From positions 1 to 64,000 of IMG/VR virus record IMGVR_UViG_3300006028_000002: DNA of 64,000 nt. One strand, written 5' to 3'. This document shows, piece after piece, positions 55,184 through 64,000 of the stretch. Numbering within the stretch: position 1 is the first letter of the stretch; every line of letters begins with the position of its first letter. This DNA is from a virus. A program made the translations under genes and the position numbers. The notes under the pieces are model-generated. The model saw only the letters and a list, made by a program, of their open reading frames with translations, had not been told where the DNA came from and did no database searches.

Positions 55184-55227
55184 AGACCACACCCCCGGCC
55201 GTCATTGCTCTTGCTAGACTGACCGGC

Positions 55228-55569
55228 ATGCCCGATACGGAATTGCACTATCAACTCTACGAGCTGCGGCATGAAGTACCCTATGGGGTGACGATCAGAC
55301 TCCCCGACACCGCCATAGCCATCACCCAGTCAGGCCCCGGTCGTGGCTGGCGCGTCGACCACTATCGGGATGACGGCGTGATGCTGGAAAGCTGGATCAT
55401 TCATCCCGACTGGATACACGGCTACGTCGTCAACTTTAACGAGCACAAAAACTCCTGGCTGTATGCCTCTGTTTGGCTGGAATGGCCGAATAGCGATGCG
55501 GCGGAACCAATGGCCATTGCGGTGTACACGTCGGGTGTGCCCTATCTGCCGCCAAGCACTAATCGGTGA
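55228..55569 (+). CDS. antisense moron, hypothetical protein
   Basis: Only + gene in the structural block; TAGACT 7 nt before ATG, no SD. Confidence 0.65.
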   Translation: MPDTELHYQLYELRHEVPYGVTIRLPDTAIAITQSGPGRGWRVDHYRDDGVMLESWIIHPDWIHGYVVNFNEHKNSWLYASVWLEWPNSDAAEPMAIAVYTSGVPYLPPSTNR

Positions 55570-57508
55570 GCTGCACGTCCACCACGTAGCGCCGGGTCAT
55601 GATGCCGGGGGTATCGGGGATGTCCGCGTAGCGCAGCTGAATCACACCAGCGCGCACCGGCCACGGCCGATAGGGAATAATGCTGTAGCTCAAATCGGAT
55701 GCCTGCGCGCTAGCCTGCGCTCCGGTGGTGGACGGGCTCGTGTCCAGCTGCACCAGCAAATCCAGCGCGCTGGCGTTGACCGTGGCCAGCTGCCCGGAAA
55801 CATCGGATCCGAATCCCACGCCGGCCGCGGTGGCTGTGGTTAACGCCCCCCCGAGCGCTCCCTCCGGCCAGCCGCCCAGATCAGCTGCCGTGGCGACCGC
55901 ATTGCTGGCGCTGTACGCCACGTCCACGCTGGCGGTCAAGGTTTGGGCTGCCCCGGTAGCGCTTGCCCCGGTGAGGGTGCCAGCGTCGTCGTGGATGGCG
56001 GTGAGGTCACTGGCAGCGCCGCTGGCGTCCGCGTCGATGAGTAGGGGGCTGCCAGGGGTGTTGCTGTTGAGGGTCTGCGCTACCCCGGTGCCGGTGGCGT
56101 TGCCCAGTGAGTAGGCATCGTCGTGAGCAGCGCTGACGTCCTGCGCAGCACCTGTAACGCTCGCGGTAGTGAAAGACGGGCCGGCATCGAGGTTGACGCT
56201 CAATCCCTGCGCGGCGCCCGAGCCATCGGCATCGGTACAAGTGGCTACGACGTCGAAATTGGCCGCCATGTCGCTGGCAGCACCCGTGGCCGTGGCCGTG
56301 GTAAGGGAAGGCCCGGCGTCCAGTTTGACGCTCAGATCATTAGCCGTGCCGGTAGCTGACGCAGCGGTATCTGTAGGCGCGCCGTCATAGTTGGCCGTAA
56401 GATCACTCGACGCACCGGCTCCGGTAGCGCTACCGGGGCCGGAGTCCACCTGGCCACCCACGCCGGCTGCCGTGCCCGAGCCATCAGCATCGATGGTGCC
56501 GGCATCAATCTGGGTGGTAAGGCTTTGTGCCGCACCCGAGCCGGCCGCCTCAGCAGTTAGCGGCGAGTCACTGGATCCACCGAGGCTCTGTGCGGCCCCG
56601 GTGCCGGCCGCCTCCGCAGACAGGAACACGCTGGCCGCGAGGGTGACATCCCAGGCTGTTGAGCTCGTGCTGGCTGTACCAATACCGGCGTCAGCGCCGC
56701 CGCCCTGGTCCTGTGCGACACCAATGCCGGTGGCACTGCCAGGCGTGGCCGCGAAATCGTAGTTAGCACTCAGATCGTTGGCAGTACCGGTGCCGCTGGC
56801 CGCGGTGTAGCTCGAATCGCTGGATCCGGTGACGTCTTGCGCTGCCCCGGTGGCGGTTGCGGCGGTGAGGGTGCCGCTGGCATCCGCTGAGGCGGTGTGA
56901 ATCTCCAGGGCGCTGATATTGGAGCTGAATGATCCGGAGGGGGAGGAAACCCCGATGCTCTTGGTAGCGATCGCTCCGGCGTTCAGATAGATGCCCGGGT
57001 AATTGGAAATCGTGCCGTTGGTGGTGCCCTCGGCCGTAAACGAGCCCGCATCCGAGGTGATCCAGGTGACCGGGCCACCGCTGTCCGCGTCTTTCAAAAT
57101 GATGGCAATAGCCGAGTTGGCTGCGCCCGCCGCAATCGTGGTGTTTTCGGTACCGGTGGCAGCATCCGCATAGGCTGCGGTACCGCCGAAAGTGCCATCC
57201 GCCCCAGTGAGCCGCAACACGATGCAGCCCCAGACAACCCCGGCGGTGGATGAAACGGTGAGCGTAAACGTTTGCGTCCCCGAGCTGGGCGCCGTGATGA
57301 TGGCACTGGAGCCATAGGTGGTGTTTTTGTTGACCCGGTTCGTATAGGTCAGCGCTGGGCTGCCCCCGGAGGCGGAGAATGTATTACTTAATCCACCAGA
57401 GCAGCACAAGATGACCAGCACGTCGTTTGCGGCGACCGTGACACTGCCCGTTTTGTTTCCGGTGCCGGTCCACGTATCGATGTAGGTTGCCGCAACTGCA
57501 ATGGCCAC
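55559..57508 (-). CDS. beta-domain + acidic repeat virion protein (about 18 repeats)
   Basis: About 205-aa N-domain followed by the same repeat as 49226-51739. Confidence 0.85.
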   Translation of the reverse strand: MAIAVAATYIDTWTGTGNKTGSVTVAANDVLVILCCSGGLSNTFSASGGSPALTYTNRVNKNTTYGSSAIITAPSSGTQTFTLTVSSTAGVVWGCIVLRLTGADGTFGGTAAYADAATGTENTTIAAGAANSAIAIILKDADSGGPVTWITSDAGSFTAEGTTNGTISNYPGIYLNAGAIATKSIGVSSPSGSFSSNISALEIHTASADASGTLTAATATGAAQDVTGSSDSSYTAASGTGTANDLSANYDFAATPGSATGIGVAQDQGGGADAGIGTASTSSTAWDVTLAASVFLSAEAAGTGAAQSLGGSSDSPLTAEAAGSGAAQSLTTQIDAGTIDADGSGTAAGVGGQVDSGPGSATGAGASSDLTANYDGAPTDTAASATGTANDLSVKLDAGPSLTTATATGAASDMAANFDVVATCTDADGSGAAQGLSVNLDAGPSFTTASVTGAAQDVSAAHDDAYSLGNATGTGVAQTLNSNTPGSPLLIDADASGAASDLTAIHDDAGTLTGASATGAAQTLTASVDVAYSASNAVATAADLGGWPEGALGGALTTATAAGVGFGSDVSGQLATVNASALDLLVQLDTSPSTTGAQASAQASDLSYSIIPYRPWPVRAGVIQLRYADIPDTPGIMTRRYVVDVQLTD

Positions 57509-57569
57509 GCAGCCCACCTACCCTGTCAGATCCGGCCCCATCCCCGCATTGTGGGACACCACAAAAAAT

Positions 57570-58061
57570 TCACAGGGTAAACAGCATCATCCCGTTCGCC
57601 GGGATCACCACGGTGAGCTTACCGCTGGAAACCGCCACCGCTGACCCGAACTGGTTAAAACAGATTCCCTGTTTGGCGACCGGCGTTGCGATGGTGAAAT
57701 CGTAAATGAACACTCCCTGAATATTGCTCATTGTCGCGGCGGTGCCGCTCACCGGGTTGGTGGCCGTCGTGAATTTCACCTGGGCGGACACCGAGACATC
57801 GATGGTGGGCGTCGTGATGTTGACGCCGCCCTGCGCCCACTGGCCCGTTTGGTACACCTGGGGAGTCCCGGTCGCACCGCCGGTCGCCGACCACACTCCG
57901 GCGCTGTAGGCGAAGTTAGCGGCGGTCACATTCTGGTCAGGGGTGATGGTGTTGTCATACAACGCCATCGTAATAGTGTGCGTGTCAAGGTCAAAGGCAG
58001 CGGTCTGAGTGAAAAGATCCGCGAGAAACTGCCGGGAAACCTTACTTGCTGTCCAGGCCAT
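57570..58061 (-). CDS. virion structural protein
   Basis: FDLDTHTITMALY...GG...FG....SSG.LTV.....G...L; GGAGG RBS. Confidence 0.75.
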   Translation of the reverse strand: MAWTASKVSRQFLADLFTQTAAFDLDTHTITMALYDNTITPDQNVTAANFAYSAGVWSATGGATGTPQVYQTGQWAQGGVNITTPTIDVSVSAQVKFTTATNPVSGTAATMSNIQGVFIYDFTIATPVAKQGICFNQFGSAVAVSSGKLTVVIPANGMMLFTL

Positions 58062-58362
58062 CGCGGGCCTCCTCTATATCGTCTGCGTCCGCCACTGCGG
58101 TATCCGGGTAAGCACAGGTATCAAAAGAACCATCAGGGCGTTCGGTGTAGACGGCGCTCACCGGTCGGCCATTGTCATCGGTGTTGACCCGATTGCGCCC
58201 CACATAATCCCCGCGTTCCATCACCACGTGGCGCGTTTTGCTACCCGGGGGTACGAGGGGAACCATAAGCCCAGCCACCGAGGGACACGGATGCAGCGGC
58301 ATCGAGGCATCAACAGTGCGCGCCGTCGCCGAGCACTTCTCGCATTCCCACATATGGATCAC
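58042..58362 (-). CDS. zinc-binding hypothetical protein
   Basis: WECEKC...HPC. Confidence 0.65.
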   Translation of the reverse strand: MIHMWECEKCSATARTVDASMPLHPCPSVAGLMVPLVPPGSKTRHVVMERGDYVGRNRVNTDDNGRPVSAVYTERPDGSFDTCAYPDTAVADADDIEEARDGLDSK

Positions 58363-58380
58363 AAGAATCTCTCCCTCAAC

Positions 58381-58821
58381 TCACGCCGATGGCCGGGCCG
58401 CCTCAAAATCCACCTCGTACACTTGGTTGACGATGCGCGATTTGTAACCGGTAATCGGGTCCGTCATCTCAGCTTGCACAATGACTAGCGGGCACCGCCA
58501 AGCATTTGTCTGGGTGGGGGCCACGTGAATAGACACCCGGTTGGGGAAGTCCTGACCCCCGGCGGTGATCGTGCCCCAGCTAGGATCGGTGGGCGTGGTG
58601 TCCCACTCGGACACGATCGGCATGGTCATCCGGTAGCGCCACGTCAGATACAGCGGGCGCCCCAACACGAAACGCTGGTACAACGCGCGCGCCACCGCAT
58701 GCACGGTAAACCCGGTGACGTTGACCAGGCTGCCCGTGCGCACGTCGCGGATATTGTCGGCCTCGATCCAACAGTCGGTGCCCTGGAGAATAACCCCCTG
58801 ATTACCGGGAACGGTGGGCAT
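58381..58821 (-). CDS. BppU-like baseplate/adaptor protein
   Basis: ILQGTD...VNVTGFT; tail context. Confidence 0.55.
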   Translation of the reverse strand: MPTVPGNQGVILQGTDCWIEADNIRDVRTGSLVNVTGFTVHAVARALYQRFVLGRPLYLTWRYRMTMPIVSEWDTTPTDPSWGTITAGGQDFPNRVSIHVAPTQTNAWRCPLVIVQAEMTDPITGYKSRIVNQVYEVDFEAARPSA

Positions 58822-59333
58822 CAGTAATCCCCGATGATCGTAGAAGGCCCGAGTGCAGTGACAATCAAAGAAGTGGGGGAGACCGCGGTCAACGTGCCGG
58901 TACCAGAGCCAATCCGCACGATGCTACCTGCGAAATAATCAAGCTCAGCCGCAGTGGTTTTATAGATAACACGCAGGGTGCCGCGATTCTGTTCGGGAGT
59001 GATATAGGTACCGATAGCCGCGCACTCGCCCAAAATAGTGCCGCTCACCGAGGTCAACCTTATTTTCATGGACACATCATTACCGGCGGCTGAGGCCACA
59101 AAATACAAATTAAAATCCAACTGAAAAACGCTATTGGCGGTCAGCGCCAAAGTCTGAGTATCGATGACAATAGTCTCGATAGTTGCCACTGCGGCACCGG
59201 CTGAGGTCTGGCGTTTACCACCAATCACCCCGAGCGCATCCACTGCGGTAGCGAGCGACTGAATGTCAGCGGGAACGTTGGGCGAGGCGGACAACGCCGG
59301 ATAGGGAAGCCCATACTTGGAGGTGGTAGGCAC
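58821..59333 (-). CDS. minor tail protein
   Basis: TSKYGLPYP..S.PNVPADIQSLA.AVD. Confidence 0.75.
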   Translation of the reverse strand: MPTTSKYGLPYPALSASPNVPADIQSLATAVDALGVIGGKRQTSAGAAVATIETIVIDTQTLALTANSVFQLDFNLYFVASAAGNDVSMKIRLTSVSGTILGECAAIGTYITPEQNRGTLRVIYKTTAAELDYFAGSIVRIGSGTGTLTAVSPTSLIVTALGPSTIIGDY

Positions 59334-59348
59334 TCCGTTACCTCCAAT

Positions 59349-60602
59349 TTAGACAGCAAAGGTTACTTGGATGTACGGGGCATAGCCGGTGGTGCCGAAA
59401 CCGCGCATACCGGTTGACGAGTCGGTGAAATTAAAACTTCCGCCCAGCACCGAGTTAGCATTACTGTTCAGAATGTTGGACATCTGGCTGGTAATATCAA
59501 ATCCATTCCAACCAGGCACCACCCACAGATTTTTGACATCGAGCCCGCCAAAACCGTTGTTGGGGAATGTTGTGGCAATCGTTGAGTTGGTGCTCCATTT
59601 CCAGTTCCAGTCCGCCGGGCTGGATGATGACGCGAAACAGTAGTAGAACATCGCGGCGCTCAGTACCGTGGCGCTCGCCAAATCCGTGCGCATGGTGGCC
59701 GCATCGAACGTCCACATATTCGACTCATCGCCAAATGAGCGCCCAGACAGGGACCACGAGTAGATGTTGTTGTCGCCGTCCGGTGAGCCGATGAAATTAC
59801 CGTTGTGGTCGTACGAGCGGGAACCGGTGGCCCGGTAGATCTTGACGTGAGTCTGGGCACCACTGGCCGGCCCCAACTCGGCGATGCGCAGCCATGACCC
59901 GGATTGCAGGATGGCCGGGGTTGCATTCGCGGTGGCCTGTGAGAAACGTAATTGCAGCAACCCGCCCGTGTCCGAGGTGGAAAACCAAGCGGAGGGACGG
60001 GCGACCGCGCTGGCGCCGAAACCGAAAATAGTCTGAGTGGTGGCGTCTCCGTACGCGGTAGCCGTATTGAAAATCGGGTAGTCATCGGTGCCGGTGCTCA
60101 CATCGCCGAATGTGTTCCATTTGCAGGCCATGTTGGGCGGACCGGTCCAACCGAATTTGATATTTGAGCTGCTGGTCGCGTTGTAAAACAGCGTGCCATC
60201 GATGCCATACTGGGTATTGTCGTTGAGCAGGAAATTTAGCAGCCCGGCATCGGCCATCGTGGTGGTGTTGGTGACCGGCACATCGCTGCGTAGAGAGCGA
60301 TACCGGATCGGATCAATAAAGGTCACAGATCTGGAGGAACCCAGGTTACCCATGATGATGTAGCCGCCGGGCACCTTGGCCAGTAGTACCTCGCCCACGG
60401 TGAGCCCGTTGGGGGAGCACACCGGTACATTGATGAGCAGTACCGCACCACCCAGCAGTACGGTATTGGCAAAGCTGGTGGCGTCCCAGGTCAGTAGCTC
60501 CGCCGCACTCCAGTCCTGGGTGGAGGACGGCAGGCCCGGGATGTTGGTGGGCGCGATGAACTGCCGCGACATCGTAAATGCATCGGTGCCCGGATTGGTC
60601 AT
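59349..60602 (-). CDS. minor tail protein
   Basis: 417 aa, beta-rich, follows the tail-tip genes. Confidence 0.75.
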   Translation of the reverse strand: MTNPGTDAFTMSRQFIAPTNIPGLPSSTQDWSAAELLTWDATSFANTVLLGGAVLLINVPVCSPNGLTVGEVLLAKVPGGYIIMGNLGSSRSVTFIDPIRYRSLRSDVPVTNTTTMADAGLLNFLLNDNTQYGIDGTLFYNATSSSNIKFGWTGPPNMACKWNTFGDVSTGTDDYPIFNTATAYGDATTQTIFGFGASAVARPSAWFSTSDTGGLLQLRFSQATANATPAILQSGSWLRIAELGPASGAQTHVKIYRATGSRSYDHNGNFIGSPDGDNNIYSWSLSGRSFGDESNMWTFDAATMRTDLASATVLSAAMFYYCFASSSSPADWNWKWSTNSTIATTFPNNGFGGLDVKNLWVVPGWNGFDITSQMSNILNSNANSVLGGSFNFTDSSTGMRGFGTTGYAPYIQVTFAV

Positions 60603-60988
60603 GGCAGATCCGCCGTGAACAGTACCGCCAGCGCCCGGAAAGACATGGTGTCGCTCGCGCCGCCGGTTATTCTGCCGGCGAAACGCAGGGATTGTCCGGC
60701 GCCCACGCCGCCTACATTGGCGAGCGCGTTACCGGCCGCTGAGATCGTACTGGAGGTGCCGGGAATGTTTGTCCAGCTCGCTCCCCCATCGGCACTGGAT
60801 TGCACCGTCCACGTGAGCGTGGGGGCGCCGCTGATAGCTCCCACGTAGAGCAGCAGCTCCAGATCGGCGATCAGCCAACGGGGATACCGGGTGGCGTATG
60901 CGGGGGATGCGTAGTTGCCGACCCCTCGGACAGCGTAGGGCATCGCGACCACCCAGACCACCGAATGCACCCCCGCCGGTAGCGGCAT
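60599..60988 (-). CDS. virion beta-sandwich protein
   Basis: VQSSADGGASWT. Confidence 0.65.
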   Translation of the reverse strand: MPLPAGVHSVVWVVAMPYAVRGVGNYASPAYATRYPRWLIADLELLLYVGAISGAPTLTWTVQSSADGGASWTNIPGTSSTISAAGNALANVGGVGAGQSLRFAGRITGGASDTMSFRALAVLFTADLP

Positions 60989-61180
60989 AACACCCCCTCA
61001 TCAATCCCGGCGTGCCCAGCCGTACTCCACACAATGGTGTAGGGCCATGCTCACCTGAGTCTCGGTGGGTCGGCGCACGTACGGGACGCCGTAGGCCAGT
61101 TCCATCAGAAAACGTCCCTCCGAGGCGTAGCGCCCCAACGACGTCGGCGGTGTCTGGAGTAACGGCATTACAACCCCCTA

Positions 61181-62410
61181 TCAGGCCAACACGCCGAGAC
61201 CCAGCTGGAGACCTTCAGTAGCCAGCGGAATCCGGGTAATAACCTGCGCCGGTTTGTTCACGTTAAGAGGCAGCGTCATCGAGTCCACAATCGCACGTAC
61301 CGGGTTGGTGTTGGGCCACACGATCACATCGATCGGATCGAACGGCTGGAGCGCCGGGTTAGGGATGGTTTGCAGGGTGAACGTCAGCGGCAACGATCGA
61401 TAACGCCGCAGCAACGCCTCACCAGCCAGCACGACATCGCCGTCTGTCTGGAGTAGTGGGCTGGAATAGTAGGTGGTAGCCGGGCCGAACACGTGCGGAT
61501 AGGTGGTGGAGTTCCAGGCCAGCGGACTGGCCGAGTCGGCATTATACGAAATGATGAAATCAGTGATCGAGTTCGGGTCTGTGCCGTACGCGGTCACTAT
61601 GTTGACGACGTTTGTCCGCTTTGTTGACCGGGTGGCTGAGATGACGTTGCCACCCTTGCCGGCCGCCAGTGTGGCTTTCGGTGTGGAGTAGTCCACCAGC
61701 AGGGAGAACACTTCCATGCCGCCATCATTGTTAAATTTGATGGCCGAGTTGTAGATATGGATCAGATCAGCGAGATAGGAATACGTGCTATCCTGCACCA
61801 GCTGATCGCCCACGATGACCGTCTTATCCGGATCGTATCCGGTCCACGTGATCGGCACCCGTACGTTGTAATAAGCACCCGGACCTGCCGGCGACACCCC
61901 CGGGTATGTCTGCTGCTGCGGAATAGCAATGCCGTTGACCAGGCGCTCAAACACGTCCCGGTGCGTGTTTCTATCATTGATCGGAATTGGCATCTGGACG
62001 GAGTTCTGCTGGATCTGCGCGATCCGATCCAGCGCAATGATCTCGATGGGCCCATAGGGTGCGTTATTCTGAGTGACCTGCTCAATCCTATGATAACCGA
62101 GCGGCACCAATTCTTTGTCCCCGTTGGCGTATTCCACACCAAGTTTGACGTACAGTTCCGCGCCGTACGGCTGAAAGGCAGTCCAGGGGTCTATAAATCC
62201 AGGCACCGCGAGATTGCCGGGCACCGTGACGGTCAATGTGGATTTGACGTCGGTCAAAGAACTGATCGTTAAAGTGCCATCGACCACCGGGATATTGATA
62301 CCGGTCGGGTTGGTGCCGAATTGTGGCACTGGGTTGCACAAGGTGATCTGGTACGCGGCCCGGTAGCTTCCCTGTACGGCATTAAGGAAACGCTGGCTTA
62401 CGGGATGCAC
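61181..62410 (-). CDS. tail tip/hub protein (DUF5047-like)
   Basis: PVSQRFL.AV.GS, PYGAEL, VPLG, YYSSPLL, PNPALQP.D. Confidence 0.8.
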   Translation of the reverse strand: MHPVSQRFLNAVQGSYRAAYQITLCNPVPQFGTNPTGINIPVVDGTLTISSLTDVKSTLTVTVPGNLAVPGFIDPWTAFQPYGAELYVKLGVEYANGDKELVPLGYHRIEQVTQNNAPYGPIEIIALDRIAQIQQNSVQMPIPINDRNTHRDVFERLVNGIAIPQQQTYPGVSPAGPGAYYNVRVPITWTGYDPDKTVIVGDQLVQDSTYSYLADLIHIYNSAIKFNNDGGMEVFSLLVDYSTPKATLAAGKGGNVISATRSTKRTNVVNIVTAYGTDPNSITDFIISYNADSASPLAWNSTTYPHVFGPATTYYSSPLLQTDGDVVLAGEALLRRYRSLPLTFTLQTIPNPALQPFDPIDVIVWPNTNPVRAIVDSMTLPLNVNKPAQVITRIPLATEGLQLGLGVLA

Positions 62411-62423
62411 CCGGGGGCACCCC

Positions 62424-63845
62424 CTACATCGTCCAGAGCGCGTCAATCGGCTGGCCACGCAGATTCAGGATCGCCTGATAGGTGGCATTCGCGGCCAGTG
62501 TCGCAGCGTAGTCCGCATAGTTGGTGAGCAACGCTGCATAGGTGACCAGGTTGCCGACAATCGAGATGTCTGGCATGACCACTTCAGTCAATGGGACTTT
62601 GATCAATGCCCGGACGCTGCGGTGCGAGGGCCGCGCGTAGCTGTAGTTGCCCACTGCGCCGTACATGGGTTGAAACGCCACATTCGGCGGCGTGTGCACG
62701 AACACCACATTGCCGACCGTGAGCACCAGCTCGATGGCTTGTAGCTCGGCGACGCTATCCGCCCAGACATGCAAGGTGACGGTGCGAGGGGAAGCTACAT
62801 CCTGGTAGGCGGTGGCGTCGCGCTGGGCGTGGATCGCATAGGTGGCGGTGCGCGCAGTACGGGCGTTGTCCGACCAGTCCACCATGGTGATCGAGCGATT
62901 CAGGTAGGGGACTTCGGGCACCTTGAGCCACACCGCGACCATATAAGGCGTAATGGCGGCCACGGTGCGAGTGACATAGGCCGAGGATTGCAAGGCCACC
63001 ATGACGCCGTAGGAAATCCCTACGCTGCCGCCGGTCACCACGAACGCGCCGGAAGCCACCGGAGCAGCGGTGGGGGTCAGCAGGTAGTCCCAGACCAGCC
63101 CCGCGCCGGATCCGAGGCTCGATGAGATGTCACCCAGCTCGATAGCGCCGGCCAGGGTAGCGACTGAGGTCCAGCTGGATTGCCGCCAGCCCAGGTACAG
63201 GATCGCATCCCACGCCGCGGTGAAAGCGAACAGGCCCGGATAGGTGATGTTGGCCGCGCTCGGATTCTTTTGGTAGGCACTCGCTGCGGGCACCAGATCC
63301 AGATTCCGGAAACACGCGGTCTGCGCAATCACATCAGCGCCGGTCGCACCCGCCGTAATCGTCACAGTCGGCGCGGATTCGGAGGCACTGGCGCGTTTGC
63401 CGAACAATCCCCAGTTGTCCTGCTGCGCAATCACTGAGTAACCGGTGGGCACATTGACAGAGCCGGTGCCCGCGTTGCGGATCGCCCCCCACACGAGTAG
63501 GAGATCACCCTCGCCCCACGTGCTGCCCTGTCCTGCTGGCAGTGCGGGGGTTACCGAGGCATTGTTGGCAGTGGCTGACGTACCTGCCGCCAGAAAACTG
63601 GGTGCACTGATGTCCACCGCAGTGGCGCGATAGTAGTTGGGAACGCCAGCCGAGAACTCATAGTCTGTGACGCTGGCTGCATTCGATACTGCGGCAACCG
63701 ATGCACCGCCCCGGACCGGTGACCAGTGGACCTGATCAATGCTGCGCTCGAACGTAACGGTATCAACCGATGCTGCTAATGAGGAGACGGTAACGGTAAC
63801 TGCGGAAAACGTGTCTGAGTAGGTAAGTGTGAGAACTGGAGACAA
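62424..63845 (-). CDS. distal tail-like protein with inserted beta-domain
   Basis: First gene after the tape measure; VRGG...DYEF..GV..YY, about 210-aa insert, then VWLKVP. Confidence 0.75.
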   Translation of the reverse strand: MSPVLTLTYSDTFSAVTVTVSSLAASVDTVTFERSIDQVHWSPVRGGASVAAVSNAASVTDYEFSAGVPNYYRATAVDISAPSFLAAGTSATANNASVTPALPAGQGSTWGEGDLLLVWGAIRNAGTGSVNVPTGYSVIAQQDNWGLFGKRASASESAPTVTITAGATGADVIAQTACFRNLDLVPAASAYQKNPSAANITYPGLFAFTAAWDAILYLGWRQSSWTSVATLAGAIELGDISSSLGSGAGLVWDYLLTPTAAPVASGAFVVTGGSVGISYGVMVALQSSAYVTRTVAAITPYMVAVWLKVPEVPYLNRSITMVDWSDNARTARTATYAIHAQRDATAYQDVASPRTVTLHVWADSVAELQAIELVLTVGNVVFVHTPPNVAFQPMYGAVGNYSYARPSHRSVRALIKVPLTEVVMPDISIVGNLVTYAALLTNYADYAATLAANATYQAILNLRGQPIDALWTM

Positions 63846-63854
63846 GACTGCCTC

Positions 63855-64000
63855 CTAGTTAATGAGCCCGCGGCCCATGCGTGCGAGTACCGCCGTGGCC
63901 TGATCGCTGCGCCGAATTTCATGGCTGATGATGTCCCGCAACTCCGACTCGCCGATTTTGACCGTGACAAAGGTGTGGCCCGTGTTGATATTGGGGGTGA
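63855..64000 (-). CDS. 3' end of probable tape measure protein
   Basis: My translation ...TFVTVKIGESELRDIISHEIRRSDQATAVLARMGRGLIN*; position upstream of tail-tip genes. Confidence 0.6.
   Translation of the reverse strand, partial: TPNINTGHTFVTVKIGESELRDIISHEIRRSDQATAVLARMGRGLIN

Overview
This window is a 64-kb internal segment of a high-GC tailed phage or prophage of an actinomycete (Lsr2, WhiB, GH25/DUF1906 endolysin, siphovirus-type tail genes). It starts inside a gene and ends inside the probable tape-measure gene. No integrase, terminase, capsid gene, tRNA or CRISPR array is visible. Layout: (i) 1-17 kb, a leftward replication/recombination operon centred on a single 1764-aa prim-pol + SF3 helicase + 3'-5' exonuclease + PolA fusion, whose linker contains an origin-like repeat array; (ii) 17-29.6 kb, small membrane proteins, an SF2 helicase and a TraB/FtsK-type transfer module (translocase, clt-like repeats, divergent HTH regulator); (iii) 29.8-45 kb, rightward early genes interleaved with moron-like enzymes (FAD monooxygenase, vanadium haloperoxidase/PAP2 lipoprotein, cytochrome P450) and a structured non-coding transcript; (iv) 45-64 kb, lysis and tail genes including paralogous acidic repeat proteins. 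The best candidates for a new system are a phage carrying actinomycete single-protein conjugation machinery, the all-in-one replicase with an internal origin, and phage-borne oxidative tailoring enzymes. All family calls are by-eye motif recognition; no database searches were run.
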